Positions 28,480-39,467 are shown, counted from the stretch's first letter. The stretch is DNA of 64,000 bases from Lachnospiraceae bacterium (GCA_022768745.1 JALELK010000107.1:90326-154325), one strand, 5' to 3'. Numbers and translations: made by a program. Notes: generated from the letters alone by a model not told the origin.

Positions 28480-29802
28480 ATGGGCCTAAAGACATTTAAA
28501 GGTGGCGTTCATCCACAGGATGGCAAGGATTTATCAAAGTCAAAGCCAATCAAAGAATTGCTACCGGAAGGAGAACTTGTTTTTCCTTTGTCACAGCATA
28601 TTGGTGCGCCAGCCACACCGATTGTAGCTGTAGGAGATGCTGTTTTAAAAGGACAGAAAATTGCGGAAGCAGGTGGCTTCGTATCGTCTCCGATTTATTC
28701 TTCCATATCAGGAACGGTAAAGGCAATTGAGCCTAGAAGAGTTACCGTTGGTGATATGGTAAACTCCATCATTATTGAAAGCGATGGGGAATTTAATGAG
28801 GTTGCATATGAGGAAACAGAGGATGTTTCAAAGTTGAGCAACCAGGAGATTATTGACAAAATTAAGGAAGCAGGCGTTGTTGGAATGGGTGGTGCCGGAT
28901 TCCCTACACATGTTAAGCTTTCTCCAAAGGAACCGGATAAAATTGAGTACATTATCGCAAACTGTGCGGAATGTGAGCCATATCTGACATCTGACTACAG
29001 ACGTATGGTAGAGCAACCGGAAAAACTTGTAGAAGGAATGAAGATTATTCTTCAGTTATTCCCAAACGCCAAAGGAATCTTTGGCATTGAGGACAACAAG
29101 CCGGATTGCATCGAAAAATTGTCAGCATTGGTAGCGTCAGAGCCTCGGATGGAAGTTTGTCCGTTGCAGACAAAATATCCACAGGGTGGTGAGCGTCAAT
29201 TGATTTTTGCAACCACAGGCAGAAGTATCAATTCCAAGATGTTACCGGCAGATGCAGGATGTATCGTGGACAATGTAGAGACAATGGTAGCCATTTACAA
29301 TGCGGTTAAGTTGGGAATGCCATTGACCAACAGAATTTTTACCGTTACAGGTGATGCGGTCAGTGATCCGAGAAACTTCTACATTAGCATTGGAACAAGC
29401 TACAGTCAGTTGTTAGAAGCAGCCGGAGGATTGAAGGCACCGGCAAAGAAGATGATTGCCGGAGGTCCTATGATGGGATTTGCATTATTTAATGTAGATG
29501 TTCCTACCACAAAGACCACATCGGCTCTTTTATGTATGACAGAGGATGAGGCTTCAAAATACGAGACCACCGCATGTATCAACTGTGGACGTTGCGTGGA
29601 GGCTTGCCCTGAAAATTTGATTCCTTCAAGACTTGCAGATTTTTCTGAGCACAAACAGATGGATGTGTTTGAAAAATGGTATGGATTAGAGTGTGTTGAG
29701 TGCGGAAGTTGTAGTTATGTATGTCCGGCCAGAAGACCACTTGCCCAGTCTGTCAAGACAATGAAGAAAATGGTTTTAGCAGAAAAGAGAAAGAAGAAAT
29801 AG
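28480..29802 (+). CDS. rnfC: Rnf complex subunit C
   Basis: QHIGAP, GMGGAGFP and ECEPYLT motifs; two CxxCxxCxxxCP clusters. Confidence 0.97.
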   Translation: MGLKTFKGGVHPQDGKDLSKSKPIKELLPEGELVFPLSQHIGAPATPIVAVGDAVLKGQKIAEAGGFVSSPIYSSISGTVKAIEPRRVTVGDMVNSIIIESDGEFNEVAYEETEDVSKLSNQEIIDKIKEAGVVGMGGAGFPTHVKLSPKEPDKIEYIIANCAECEPYLTSDYRRMVEQPEKLVEGMKIILQLFPNAKGIFGIEDNKPDCIEKLSALVASEPRMEVCPLQTKYPQGGERQLIFATTGRSINSKMLPADAGCIVDNVETMVAIYNAVKLGMPLTNRIFTVTGDAVSDPRNFYISIGTSYSQLLEAAGGLKAPAKKMIAGGPMMGFALFNVDVPTTKTTSALLCMTEDEASKYETTACINCGRCVEACPENLIPSRLADFSEHKQMDVFEKWYGLECVECGSCSYVCPARRPLAQSVKTMKKMVLAEKRKKK

Positions 29803-29818
29803 AAAGGGGAAGAAAGCC

Positions 29819-30760
29819 TTGAGTGATTTATTAAACGTAACATCTTCACCACATGTCCGGGCGAAGGTGGATTCAAGTAAAATCATGTTGTTGGTGATTA
29901 TTTCATTATTACCTGCATCATTCTTTGGTATTTACAATTTTGGAATCAGAGCTTTGGTTTTGATTCTTGTAACAATTGCCAGTTGTGTGGCTTCTGAATG
30001 GATTTTTGAAAAAATTGTACATAAAAAGAGTACAATTAACGACTTAAGTGCAGTGGTAACAGGATTGCTTTTAGCATTGAACTTGCCACATACCTTGCCA
30101 TGGTGGCAGGCAGTTATCGGTGGTGTATTTGCCATTGTTGTTGTGAAAATGTTATTTGGTGGTTTGGGACAGAACTTTATGAACCCGGCTTTGGGTGCAA
30201 GATGTTTCTTACTGATTTCCTTTACCGGTCCTATGACAAGCTTTACATATGATGGTGTTACAGGTGCGACACCACTTGCATTGTTAAAAGCCGGAGAAGA
30301 GGTTGATACAATGTCAATGCTCATTGGTAAGACAGCAGGTACCATTGGTGAGACCAGTGTGATTGCATTGTTAATCGGTGCTATTATTTTGATTTTGTTT
30401 GGTGTTATTGATCTTAGAATTCCGGGAAGTTATATTTTGACATTTGCCATCTTTGTATTGCTTTTTGGCGGACATGGATTCGATATGAATTATCTTGTTG
30501 CACAGCTCTGTGGTGGTGGTTTGATGTTAGGTGCCTTCTTTATGGCAACGGATTACGTGACTTCTCCAATTACACCGTCCGGAAAGATTATTTTTGGTAT
30601 TGTATTAGGTATTTTAACCGGTATTTTCCGTATCTTCGGAGCATCCGCAGAGGGAGTTTCCTATGCAATCATCTTTGGTAACCTTTTGGTTCCTTTGATT
30701 GAAAAAATTACTGTACCGAGAGCATTTGGTGTGGTGAAAGAAAAAGGAGGCGACAAATAA
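29819..30760 (+). CDS. rnfD: Rnf complex subunit D
   Basis: SSPH, FGGLGQNFMNPA, FMN site TGATPL and FMATD; TTG start. Confidence 0.96.
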   Translation: MSDLLNVTSSPHVRAKVDSSKIMLLVIISLLPASFFGIYNFGIRALVLILVTIASCVASEWIFEKIVHKKSTINDLSAVVTGLLLALNLPHTLPWWQAVIGGVFAIVVVKMLFGGLGQNFMNPALGARCFLLISFTGPMTSFTYDGVTGATPLALLKAGEEVDTMSMLIGKTAGTIGETSVIALLIGAIILILFGVIDLRIPGSYILTFAIFVLLFGGHGFDMNYLVAQLCGGGLMLGAFFMATDYVTSPITPSGKIIFGIVLGILTGIFRIFGASAEGVSYAIIFGNLLVPLIEKITVPRAFGVVKEKGGDK

Positions 30761-31374
30761 TGAATAAATTAGTAAAAGACGCCTTGGTTCTTACAGCCAT
30801 CACCGTGATTTCAGGTGTGTGCTTAGGTACCGTGTATGAGATTACAAAAGATCCGATTGCAAAAGCCCAGACAGCGGCAACACAGGAAGCTTATAAAGAA
30901 GTGTTCCAGGACGCGGCAAAGTTTGAAGATTTAGAGGGCTTTGACAGCGCAAAGGCTACAAAGGTTGTGGCAGATGCAGGATATGCGGATGATGATATCG
31001 TTAATTGTGTTGTGGCACAAAACGATTCCGGGGATACTTTGGGTTATGTTATCACCGTCACTTCTCACGCAGGTTATGGCGGAGACATTACTTTTTCTAT
31101 GGGTGTGACAAATGATGGTGTGTTAAACGGATATTCTATTACAGATATCAGTGAGACAGCCGGACTTGGTATGAAATCCAAAGAAGAACCATTTATGAGC
31201 CAGTTTAGAGGTATTCAGGCGCAGATTCTTGAGGTGACAAAGGGTAGCAAGAGTGCAGATAACGAAATCGAGGCAATCAGTGGTGCAACCATTACCTCAA
31301 AGGCTGTTACCTATGGTGTTGATGCCGGATTAACTTACTATAATAGTATTGTGGGAGGTGCAACAAATGAATAA
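30760..31374 (+). CDS. rnfG: Rnf complex subunit G
   Basis: GYGG, ETAGLG and FMN site ISGATITS. Confidence 0.95.
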   Translation: MNKLVKDALVLTAITVISGVCLGTVYEITKDPIAKAQTAATQEAYKEVFQDAAKFEDLEGFDSAKATKVVADAGYADDDIVNCVVAQNDSGDTLGYVITVTSHAGYGGDITFSMGVTNDGVLNGYSITDISETAGLGMKSKEEPFMSQFRGIQAQILEVTKGSKSADNEIEAISGATITSKAVTYGVDAGLTYYNSIVGGATNE

Positions 31375-32119
31375 AATCGTTGAACGTTTACAAAACGGTA
31401 TTATCAAAGAAAACCCCACCTTTGTTTTGATGCTTGGTATGTGTCCTACATTGGCTGTTACCACATCTGCAATGAATGGTTTGGGTATGGGACTTTCCAC
31501 AACAGTTGTTTTGGTTATGTCAAACTTTTTGATTTCTCTTTTGAGAAATGTTATTCCGGATAGAGTACGTGTACCCGCATTTATTGTTATTGTTGCTTCT
31601 TTTGTGACAATTGTACAGTTCCTGGTACAGGGATTTATCCCAAGTTTGTACTCTGCTCTAGGAATTTATATTCCTTTGATTGTTGTTAACTGTATTATTC
31701 TTGGTAGAGCAGAAAGCTATGCTTCAAAGAACCCTGTTATTCCTTCTATTTTTGATGGACTTGGAATGGGACTTGGATTTACGCTTGGACTTACCACTAT
31801 TGGTATTGTTCGTGAAATTCTTGGTGCAGGACAGATTTTTGGATTCCAGATTCTTCCTCTTGCAGATGCTGCTACAAAGAAAGCCGGATATACACCAATT
31901 ACAATCTTTGTATTGGCACCGGGTGCATTCTTTGTTTTGGCTGCTTTGGTAGCGCTTATGAATGTGATTCGTTCCAATGCAGCAAAGAAAGGCAAGACAA
32001 TTGCTCCTGCAACAGGATGCCTTGCTGGTGACTGTGAGAGCTGCGGAATGGGTTCATGCTCAGGAAAGACCACAGTTTCAAAAACCTCAGAGACAGTTGA
32101 GACAAAAGATAAGGAATAG
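31367..32119 (+). CDS. rnfE: Rnf complex subunit E with a Cys-rich C-terminal tail
   Basis: ENP...LGMCPTLA, IPLIVVNC and LAPGAF motifs. Confidence 0.96.
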   Translation: MNKIVERLQNGIIKENPTFVLMLGMCPTLAVTTSAMNGLGMGLSTTVVLVMSNFLISLLRNVIPDRVRVPAFIVIVASFVTIVQFLVQGFIPSLYSALGIYIPLIVVNCIILGRAESYASKNPVIPSIFDGLGMGLGFTLGLTTIGIVREILGAGQIFGFQILPLADAATKKAGYTPITIFVLAPGAFFVLAALVALMNVIRSNAAKKGKTIAPATGCLAGDCESCGMGSCSGKTTVSKTSETVETKDKE

Positions 32120-32130
32120 GAGGAAGAGCA

Positions 32131-32706
32131 ATGAAAGAGTTAATTTTAATTTTAGTTGCATCAGCAATTGTAAATAACGTTGTGCTTAGCCAGTTCCTTG
32201 GTCTTTGTCCATTCCTTGGTGTATCCAAGAAGATTGAGACAGCTGCCGGTATGGGTGGAGCAGTTATCTTCGTTATCACAATTTCAAGTTTTGTAACCGG
32301 TTTAATTTACAAGTTTATCTTGGAGCCTACCGGATTTGCATATTTGCAGACCATTGTATTTATTTTGGTAATTGCCGCATTGGTTCAGTTTGTTGAGATG
32401 TTCTTAAAGAAGAAAATGCCAGCTCTTTATCAGGCACTTGGTGTTTACTTGCCACTGATTACAACAAACTGTGCAGTGCTTGGTATTGCGTTAAAGAATG
32501 TTACTAACGGATATAACATTTTACAGGGTGTCATCAATGGATTTGGTACAGCAGTAGGCTTTACCATTGCAATTGTAATTATGGCCGGTATTCGTGAAAA
32601 AATAGAATTCAATGATGTTCCAAAGCCATTCAAGGGTTCCGCTATTGTATTGGTAACAGCTGGATTAATGGCTATAGCGTTCTTTGGATTTTCAGGTGTG
32701 ATTTAG
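32131..32706 (+). CDS. rnfA: Rnf complex subunit A
   Basis: FLGLCPFLGVS and LPLITTNCAVLG motifs. Confidence 0.97.
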   Translation: MKELILILVASAIVNNVVLSQFLGLCPFLGVSKKIETAAGMGGAVIFVITISSFVTGLIYKFILEPTGFAYLQTIVFILVIAALVQFVEMFLKKKMPALYQALGVYLPLITTNCAVLGIALKNVTNGYNILQGVINGFGTAVGFTIAIVIMAGIREKIEFNDVPKPFKGSAIVLVTAGLMAIAFFGFSGVI

Positions 32707-32718
32707 GAGGGCTGACAC

Positions 32719-33516
32719 ATGAGTATAGTAGGAATTATTGTAGCTGCTGTAGTTGTCGGCTGCACAGGATGTTTGATGGGATTTTTCCTCTGCTTTGCTT
32801 CAGAAAAATTTAAGGTTGAAGTAGATGAGAGAGAGACGGCAATTCTTGAGGTTTTGCCGGGAAATAACTGTGGTGGATGCGGTTATGCCGGATGTTCAGG
32901 CTTGGCTGCTGCCATTGTAAAAGGTGAAGCTCCGGTAAATGGTTGTCCTGTTGGTGGAGCCCCGGTTGGAGCAAAAGTTGGCGAGATTATGGGCGTTGCT
33001 GCAGATGAAGGTACAAAGATGGTTGCCTTCGTAAAATGCGCAGGAACCTGTGAGAAAGCAAAGAAGAATTATGAGTATACAGGTGTTGAGGATTGTGAAG
33101 CCATGGCATTTGTACCAGGTGGCGGTCCAAAGTCCTGTAACTACGGATGTATGGGCTATGGAAGCTGTGTAAAGGCTTGTCCGTTTGATGCCATTCATAT
33201 TGTTGACGGAATTGCAAAGGTTGACATTGAGGCTTGTAAAGCTTGCGGTAAATGCGTTGCTATATGTCCAAAGCATTTGATTGAATTGGTACCTTACGAG
33301 GCAACTCATTTGGTTCAGTGTAATTCCAAAGACAAAGGTAAGGATGTTATGAGCGTATGTTCTGTAGGATGTATTGCTTGTCACTTATGCGAGAAGAACT
33401 GTGAACATGATGCTGTTCACGTGGTAGACAACATTGCACATATTGATCAGGAAAAATGTGTTGGTTGTGGTACCTGTGCAGAGAAATGTCCAAAGAAGAT
33501 TATTCTTGCAAAATAA
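32719..33516 (+). CDS. rnfB: Rnf complex subunit B (polyferredoxin)
   Basis: LPGNNCGGCGYAGC and multiple CxxCxxCxxxC motifs. Confidence 0.96.
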   Translation: MSIVGIIVAAVVVGCTGCLMGFFLCFASEKFKVEVDERETAILEVLPGNNCGGCGYAGCSGLAAAIVKGEAPVNGCPVGGAPVGAKVGEIMGVAADEGTKMVAFVKCAGTCEKAKKNYEYTGVEDCEAMAFVPGGGPKSCNYGCMGYGSCVKACPFDAIHIVDGIAKVDIEACKACGKCVAICPKHLIELVPYEATHLVQCNSKDKGKDVMSVCSVGCIACHLCEKNCEHDAVHVVDNIAHIDQEKCVGCGTCAEKCPKKIILAK

Positions 33517-33529
33517 AAGGATGATAATG

Positions 33530-33566
33530 AAAAGAAGTGTAGCGGTTAAAACGCTACACTTCTTTT
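33530..33566. terminator. Bidirectional terminator between rnfB and apbE
   Basis: AAAAGAAGTGTAGCG-gttaaaa-CGCTACACTTCTTTT. Confidence 0.85.
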
Positions 33567-33613
33567 ATATTTTTTGATGGTTGTATTTTCCGTTGATAAT
33601 TTAAAAATAATAA

Positions 33614-34624
33614 TTATTCCTTGATTTCTGTGTACGGAATGGTTTTTCCCATACCGGAAGTGGTATATATTTTCCCAGAGTCTGTAATAAAAATTGCCTC
33701 TGTGTCTGAGAGGTTTTCTACATAATTCATTCCATCTTTTAATCCCATGAGAAATACAGTGGTGGAGAGTGCATCTCCATCAATGGATTTGTTGCAAATA
33801 ATGGTGACAGAATCTAATCCGTTCTCACAGGGATAACCGGTACTTAAGTCTAAAATATGGTGATAAATGGTTCCGTCTTTTTCAAAATATCTTTGATACG
33901 TTCCGGATGTGACTACGGATTGATTTGTAATTTTAACAGAGGCGATAGGCTCCCCGTCATCAGAAAAAGGTTTCTGGATTGCAATGTTATAGGAGGGGGA
34001 ATCGCTGTTTTTCGGTCCAACAGCCAAAACATTTCCACCCAGATTGATAAGACCGCTTGTTACACCTTGTGATAACAAATATTCTTTCATTTTATCAGCG
34101 ATATAGCCTTTTGCAATACCACCCAAATCAATCTGCGCATCGTTTTCAAGTCTTACGGTATTGCCATCCACTTTTATGTTGTCCCAGGAAATCGTATGAA
34201 GTGCTTTTTCAATAGCATCTTTTTCCGGAAGTTCTTTTGTTTTGATGCCAGCTTGCCAAAGAGAGGAGAGCTCTCCTACAGATAAATCAAAGGCACCATT
34301 GCTGTCCTTGGCATACTGTATTCCGGCGGTGATTAAATCTATCGTTTCGGAATCAAGGGTGAGAGCTTCACCGTTGTTGTGATTTAAGTTATAAATGTCC
34401 GTTCCTTCCTTGGTGGCACTGAATAGATTTTCATATTTTTCTGCCATATCAAAGCAATCATCAATATAAGCATCCGCATTTTGACAATACAAAGTGATGG
34501 TAACGATGGTATCAAAGTAATATCCGGTTTTGGAAACCGGTTCCGGATTTTTGCTACATGCACTGGTAAATGTGCACGTAAAGATAAGGCATGTTGTTAA
34601 TAGGAAATAATGTAATTTTTTCAT
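33614..34624 (-). CDS. apbE: FAD:protein FMN transferase lipoprotein
   Basis: Lipobox TSAC; DLGGIAKG, NLGGN, TSG.YQR, HHILD and DALST motifs. Start at MKKL chosen from promoter spacing. Confidence 0.94.
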   Translation of the reverse strand: MKKLHYFLLTTCLIFTCTFTSACSKNPEPVSKTGYYFDTIVTITLYCQNADAYIDDCFDMAEKYENLFSATKEGTDIYNLNHNNGEALTLDSETIDLITAGIQYAKDSNGAFDLSVGELSSLWQAGIKTKELPEKDAIEKALHTISWDNIKVDGNTVRLENDAQIDLGGIAKGYIADKMKEYLLSQGVTSGLINLGGNVLAVGPKNSDSPSYNIAIQKPFSDDGEPIASVKITNQSVVTSGTYQRYFEKDGTIYHHILDLSTGYPCENGLDSVTIICNKSIDGDALSTTVFLMGLKDGMNYVENLSDTEAIFITDSGKIYTTSGMGKTIPYTEIKE

Positions 34625-34685
34625 AGAAATCATCATAGCACAAAAGTGTTTTGAACGCCAATGATTATTGAGGAATCTAAAGGAA

Positions 34686-34714
34686 TTGCAATAAAGGGTA
34701 AGATTGGGTATAAT
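34686..34714 (+). promoter_or_regulatory. SigA promoter of the proB operon
   Basis: TTGCAA-17 bp-TATAAT. Confidence 0.7.
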
Positions 34715-34755
34715 TTATTTTGGTTTATTGTGATATAAAAATAGGAAGTAAGAAA

Positions 34756-35595
34756 ATGAATCGTTTTAAAAAGAAAAAAAGAATTGTGGTAAAAATTGGT
34801 TCCTCATCATTACAGCATGAAAAGACAGGACAGTTGGATTTCATTAAGCTGGAAAAACTGGTGCGGGAACTTTGTGATATGAAAAATCAAAATATTGATG
34901 TCTGCCTGGTTTCCTCCGGAGCTATAGCGGTAGGGAGAAAAATGTTGGGGATTACAAAGAGACCAAAGAGTATTTCCGTAAAGCAGGCATGTGCAGCTGT
35001 GGGGCAATCCAGTTTGATGATGACCTATCAGAAACTTTTTAGTGAATATCATCAGGCATGTGGACAAGTTTTAATGACAAAGAAAACTATGACAGATAAT
35101 GTCTCAAGAAAGAATGCCCAGAATACCTTTGAAGAATTGTTTCGATTAGGTGTGATTCCCGTTGTCAATGAAAACGATACGGTTAATACCTATGAAATTC
35201 AATTTGGTGATAATGATTCACTGGCTGCTTTGGTTGCGTCCTTGATAGGTGCGGATTTGCTGGTTTTGCTTTCTGATATTGACGGATTGTTTACAGATAA
35301 TCCTAAGGATAATCCTGACGCAAAGTTGGTAAGAGAAGTGGATGTCCTGGATGAAAAACTTCTTCATATGGCAAAATCCAAAACCGGAAGTGATGTGGGA
35401 ACCGGAGGTATGACCACTAAACTCAATGCGGCAAAAATCGCCACCTATTCCGGAGCAGATATGATTATTGCAAATGGCAAGGATGTGGGAATTCTTCACA
35501 AAATATTAGAGGATGACTTTGTTGGGACTGTGTTTAATGCAAATCCCAAGGAGGATTTCTTTATCAAAGATTTTATAGAGGAGTATATGGATTGA
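34756..35595 (+). CDS. proB: Glutamate 5-kinase (short form, no PUA domain)
   Basis: VVKIGSS, VSSGA, NENDTV, FGDND and GTGGM.TKL motifs. Confidence 0.96.
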   Translation: MNRFKKKKRIVVKIGSSSLQHEKTGQLDFIKLEKLVRELCDMKNQNIDVCLVSSGAIAVGRKMLGITKRPKSISVKQACAAVGQSSLMMTYQKLFSEYHQACGQVLMTKKTMTDNVSRKNAQNTFEELFRLGVIPVVNENDTVNTYEIQFGDNDSLAALVASLIGADLLVLLSDIDGLFTDNPKDNPDAKLVREVDVLDEKLLHMAKSKTGSDVGTGGMTTKLNAAKIATYSGADMIIANGKDVGILHKILEDDFVGTVFNANPKEDFFIKDFIEEYMD

Positions 35596-35810
35596 TGACA
35601 GAGGAAAAGATTGCAAGAATTAATGCTTTATATAAAAAATCAAAAGGGGAAGGTCTTACCCAGGCGGAAAAAGAAGAACAGGCAAGACTTCGAAAGGAGT
35701 ATATTGCCTCTGTTCGCAAAAACTTAAAATCCCAGTTGGATAATGTGGATGTGATTGAAAAAGATGGTTCCATTGTAAATCTTGGTGAGAAATATGGAAG
35801 AAAAAAATAG
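35595..35810 (+). CDS. DUF896 (YnzC-like) small protein
   Basis: RINALYKKSK.EGLT..EK.EQ..LRKEY pattern. Confidence 0.88.
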   Translation: MTEEKIARINALYKKSKGEGLTQAEKEEQARLRKEYIASVRKNLKSQLDNVDVIEKDGSIVNLGEKYGRKK

Positions 35811-36354
35811 TCTTCGTATTCGGATGAAGGAAAAAAGAAGACAGTATTCAAAAGAAGAACAGCTATCAGACGCTGAAAAAATTGTAAAACAGTTAATCAC
35901 CATACCTGAAATTCACCGGGAGCAGAGACTTTTACTCTATAGTGCTAAGACACCGGAACTTTCTTTAGATTTGTTTATGAAATGGTGTCTGGATAATCAA
36001 AAGGAAATATATTTTCCAAGGGTTTGCGGAGAAGAGATGGATTTTTTTCGGATACAATCCCGGGAAGATTTCAGGTTAGGATATTTTGGAATTTTGGAGC
36101 CAAAAGAATATTGTCAGATATTTTCCGGACAAAGAGCAATCTGTTTGGTCCCGGGAGTTGCCTTTGATAAAAAAGGAAATCGCATTGGCTATGGCAGGGG
36201 ATACTATGACCGGTATTTTAGAAGAAATCAGGAAAAACAGATGAAAAAAATCGGAATTTCCTATGATTTTCAACTGGTAGATGAAATTGAATCTGAAGAT
36301 TTTGATGAGAAACTGGACGGTCTGGTTACACCCACAGGGGTAATGACATTTTAG
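35794..36354 (+). CDS. 5-formyltetrahydrofolate cyclo-ligase
   Basis: GILEP and VPGVAFD..GNRIGYG.GYYDR motifs. Confidence 0.94.
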   Translation: MEEKNSLRIRMKEKRRQYSKEEQLSDAEKIVKQLITIPEIHREQRLLLYSAKTPELSLDLFMKWCLDNQKEIYFPRVCGEEMDFFRIQSREDFRLGYFGILEPKEYCQIFSGQRAICLVPGVAFDKKGNRIGYGRGYYDRYFRRNQEKQMKKIGISYDFQLVDEIESEDFDEKLDGLVTPTGVMTF

Positions 36355-36371
36355 AGGTTTGTTTAGAAAGG

Positions 36372-37628
36372 ATGACTATGAACAATCAATTAAAAGAGAT
36401 TGGATACAACGCGAAAAAAACGCTGGGCGGTTTGCAAAAATTAGGATCATCTAAAAAGAATGATGCCTTACTGCAGGTGGCAAGGGGATTGCTAACGGAT
36501 ACAGATGAGATTATAAAGGCTAATGAAAACGATATGGCTCATGGTAGAGAGAATCATATGCCTCAGGGACTGTTGGATCGTTTACAGTTGACACCGGAGC
36601 GGATTTCCCAGATGTCTGAGGGATTAGAACAGATTGCGTCGCTGGAGGATCCCATCGGAGAAGTTCTTTCTATGAAAACCCGACCGAATGGTCTACGGAT
36701 TGGAAAAAAGAGAGTCCCTATTGGTGTGGTGGGTATTATCTATGAGGCGAGACCAAATGTTACTGCAGATGCCTTCGGCCTTTGTTTTAAAACCGGAAAT
36801 GCTGTAATTTTAAAAGGCGGAAGCGATGCGCTAAACTCAAATATAGCCATTGTGAAAAGTATTCAGGCATCATTGAAGAAGCTGGATATTGATAAAAACG
36901 TGATTTCTCTTATAACGGACACTGATAGAGAAGTGACAAAAGAATTTATGCAGATGAATGAATATCTGGATGTTTTAATTCCAAGAGGTGGTGCCGGGCT
37001 GATTCAGGCAGTGGTAAAGAACGCCACTGTGCCTGTGATTGAGACAGGGACAGGTAATTGCCATATTTATGTGGATGAGACAGCAGACCTTTCTATGGCA
37101 GTGGACATTATAGAAAATGCAAAAACTCAGAGAATCGGAGTTTGTAATGCCTGTGAATCCTTGGTTTTGCATGAAAAGATTGCAACTCAGATTTTACCTA
37201 TGATAAAACAACGTTTACAGGCTCATTCGGTGGAGATGCGTGTGGATGAAAGGGGACTTAAAATCTGTCCTGATTTAATCAAAGCCACAGATGAAGATTG
37301 GGGAACAGAGTATCTGGATTATATTATCTCAGTAAAAATTGTTTCCGGGATTGACGAGGCCATTGCCCATATTAACAAATATAACACCGGCCATTCTGAG
37401 GCAATTATTACTACTGATTATAATCACGCAGAACAGTTTTTGGATGAAATTGATGCTGCCTGCGTTTATGTTAATGCTTCCACTAGATTTACCGACGGAT
37501 TTGAGTTTGGATTTGGTGCGGAAATAGGTATCAGCACCCAAAAACTACATGCCAGAGGCCCTATGGGGCTGGAGGCTCTTACCAGTACAAAATATATTAT
37601 TTATGGAAACGGACAAATTCGCCCATAA
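36372..37628 (+). CDS. proA: Gamma-glutamyl phosphate reductase
   Basis: [19 protein letters not shown] and [12 protein letters not shown] motifs. Confidence 0.97.
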   Translation: MTMNNQLKEIGYNAKKTLGGLQKLGSSKKNDALLQVARGLLTDTDEIIKANENDMAHGRENHMPQGLLDRLQLTPERISQMSEGLEQIASLEDPIGEVLSMKTRPNGLRIGKKRVPIGVVGIIYEARPNVTADAFGLCFKTGNAVILKGGSDALNSNIAIVKSIQASLKKLDIDKNVISLITDTDREVTKEFMQMNEYLDVLIPRGGAGLIQAVVKNATVPVIETGTGNCHIYVDETADLSMAVDIIENAKTQRIGVCNACESLVLHEKIATQILPMIKQRLQAHSVEMRVDERGLKICPDLIKATDEDWGTEYLDYIISVKIVSGIDEAIAHINKYNTGHSEAIITTDYNHAEQFLDEIDAACVYVNASTRFTDGFEFGFGAEIGISTQKLHARGPMGLEALTSTKYIIYGNGQIRP

Positions 37629-37643
37629 TTACAAGGAGAATAT

Positions 37644-39080
37644 ATGAAAAAGTTAGAAGAAATTTTTGATGATAAATTGTTGCCTATGGATGAGGCAAAG
37701 CGTCAGTATTATTTTATCGATGCGGCAAAGGATATCGTTGCGGAAAAAGAGGCAGAGTTAGGCAGAAAACTTACCTTTTGCGTAAACACATTCGGCTGTC
37801 AGATGAATGCCAGAGACTCTGAAAAACTGGTAGGCATTTTAGAGCAGATAGGTTATGTGGAAGGCAAAGATGAAGATTCGGATTTTGTAATTTACAACAC
37901 ATGTACTGTCCGGGAAAATGCCAATAATAAAGTTTACGGAAGATTGGGATATCTTCACAATAAAAAGAAAAAAAATCCCCATATGATGATAGGTCTGTGC
38001 GGTTGTATGATGCAGGAAGAACATGTGGTGGAGACCATCCGCAAGAAATATTCTTTTGTGGATTTGGTTTTTGGTACCCACAATATCTATAAATTTGCAG
38101 AACTCCTGGTTCGCGCCCTATTATCGGATTCCATGATTGTTGATATATGGAAGGATACAGATCAGATTGTAGAGGATCTGCCGGTGGAGAGAAAGTACAG
38201 CTTCAAGTCCGGTGTAAACATTATGTTTGGATGTAACAATTTCTGTAGTTATTGTATTGTCCCTTATGTTAGAGGCAGGGAGAGAAGCAGAAACCCAAGG
38301 GATATTGTCAGAGAGATTGAACACTTGGTGGAAGATGGCGTTGTAGAAGTGATGCTGTTGGGGCAGAATGTAAATTCCTATGGAAAGAATTTGGATGAGC
38401 CAATTACCTTTGCCCAGTTGCTTGAACAGATAGAACAAATTGAGGGATTGGAACGTATCCGTTTTATGACTTCTCATCCAAAGGATTTATCAGATGAACT
38501 GATTGAGACTTTGGCAAAATCCAAAAAGATTTGCAAGCATTTCCACTTGCCACTGCAGTCCGGAAGCACAAGAATTTTGGAGAAGATGAACCGAAGATAT
38601 ACAAAGGAAGATTATCTGTTGCTGGTGGATAAAATTCGAAGCAAAGTGCCGGATATGGCGATTACCACAGATATTATTGTAGGATTTCCGGGAGAGACAG
38701 AGGAAGATTTCCTTGAAACCATGGATGTGGTGGAAAAGGTACAGTTTGACAGCGCGTTTACATTTATCTATTCAAAGAGAACCGGAACTCCAGCAGCTTC
38801 TATGGAGGAACAAATTTCACCGGAGGTGGTAAAGGATAGATTTGACCGTTTGCTTGCCAAAGTACAGGAAATCTCACAGAAGAAGAGCGGCGCATTAACC
38901 GGTCAGGTGGCAGATGTTCTGGTGGAAGAAATCAACGGACAGGATGCATCTTTAGTAACCGGGCGTTTAAGTAATAATGCTGTGGTTCATTTCCCGGGAG
39001 ACGCCGGTTTGATAGGAAAAATTATTCAGGTACGTTTAAATGAATGCAAAGGATTTTATTATATTGGAGAGCAGGTATAG
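37644..39080 (+). CDS. miaB: tRNA methylthiotransferase MiaB
   Basis: TFGCQMN..DSE, NTCTVRE, radical SAM CNNFCSYC and a TRAM domain. Confidence 0.96.
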   Translation: MKKLEEIFDDKLLPMDEAKRQYYFIDAAKDIVAEKEAELGRKLTFCVNTFGCQMNARDSEKLVGILEQIGYVEGKDEDSDFVIYNTCTVRENANNKVYGRLGYLHNKKKKNPHMMIGLCGCMMQEEHVVETIRKKYSFVDLVFGTHNIYKFAELLVRALLSDSMIVDIWKDTDQIVEDLPVERKYSFKSGVNIMFGCNNFCSYCIVPYVRGRERSRNPRDIVREIEHLVEDGVVEVMLLGQNVNSYGKNLDEPITFAQLLEQIEQIEGLERIRFMTSHPKDLSDELIETLAKSKKICKHFHLPLQSGSTRILEKMNRRYTKEDYLLLVDKIRSKVPDMAITTDIIVGFPGETEEDFLETMDVVEKVQFDSAFTFIYSKRTGTPAASMEEQISPEVVKDRFDRLLAKVQEISQKKSGALTGQVADVLVEEINGQDASLVTGRLSNNAVVHFPGDAGLIGKIIQVRLNECKGFYYIGEQV

Positions 39081-39458
39081 ATGAAAAGCTTTTCTAAAAA
39101 TGATAAGATTTTGTTACTTGTAATTGCCATACTGTGTGTGATGGTTCTGCTGGCATATAAGTTTTGGCCGAAAAAAGCAGCCTCTCAGGTGGAAATCTTA
39201 GTTGACGGTAAACTGGTACAAACCTGTGATTTAAGTCAGAATCAGACCATTCCTATCAAGGTGGGGGATAAAACCACAAATATTTTAGAAATATCCAACC
39301 ATCAGGCTTATATGAAGGAGGCAGATTGCCCGGATCATCTTTGCATTAAGCAAGGAAAGATAGCATATGGAGGCGAGAGTATTGTGTGTCTTCCAAATCG
39401 GGTGGTGATTCAAGTGAAGTCAGATGAAAAATCTGAATTTGATTCTGTGGCAAACTAA
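39081..39458 (+). CDS. NusG domain II (DUF1312, EetA-like) membrane-anchored protein
   Basis: N-terminal transmembrane helix and CPDHLC...IVCLPN motif. Confidence 0.88.
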   Translation: MKSFSKNDKILLLVIAILCVMVLLAYKFWPKKAASQVEILVDGKLVQTCDLSQNQTIPIKVGDKTTNILEISNHQAYMKEADCPDHLCIKQGKIAYGGESIVCLPNRVVIQVKSDEKSEFDSVAN

Positions 39459-39467
39459 GAGGATAAT

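Noticed and set aside
34715-34755. T-box riboswitch upstream of proB
   Set aside because: The leader is only about 35 nt and has no T-box motif.
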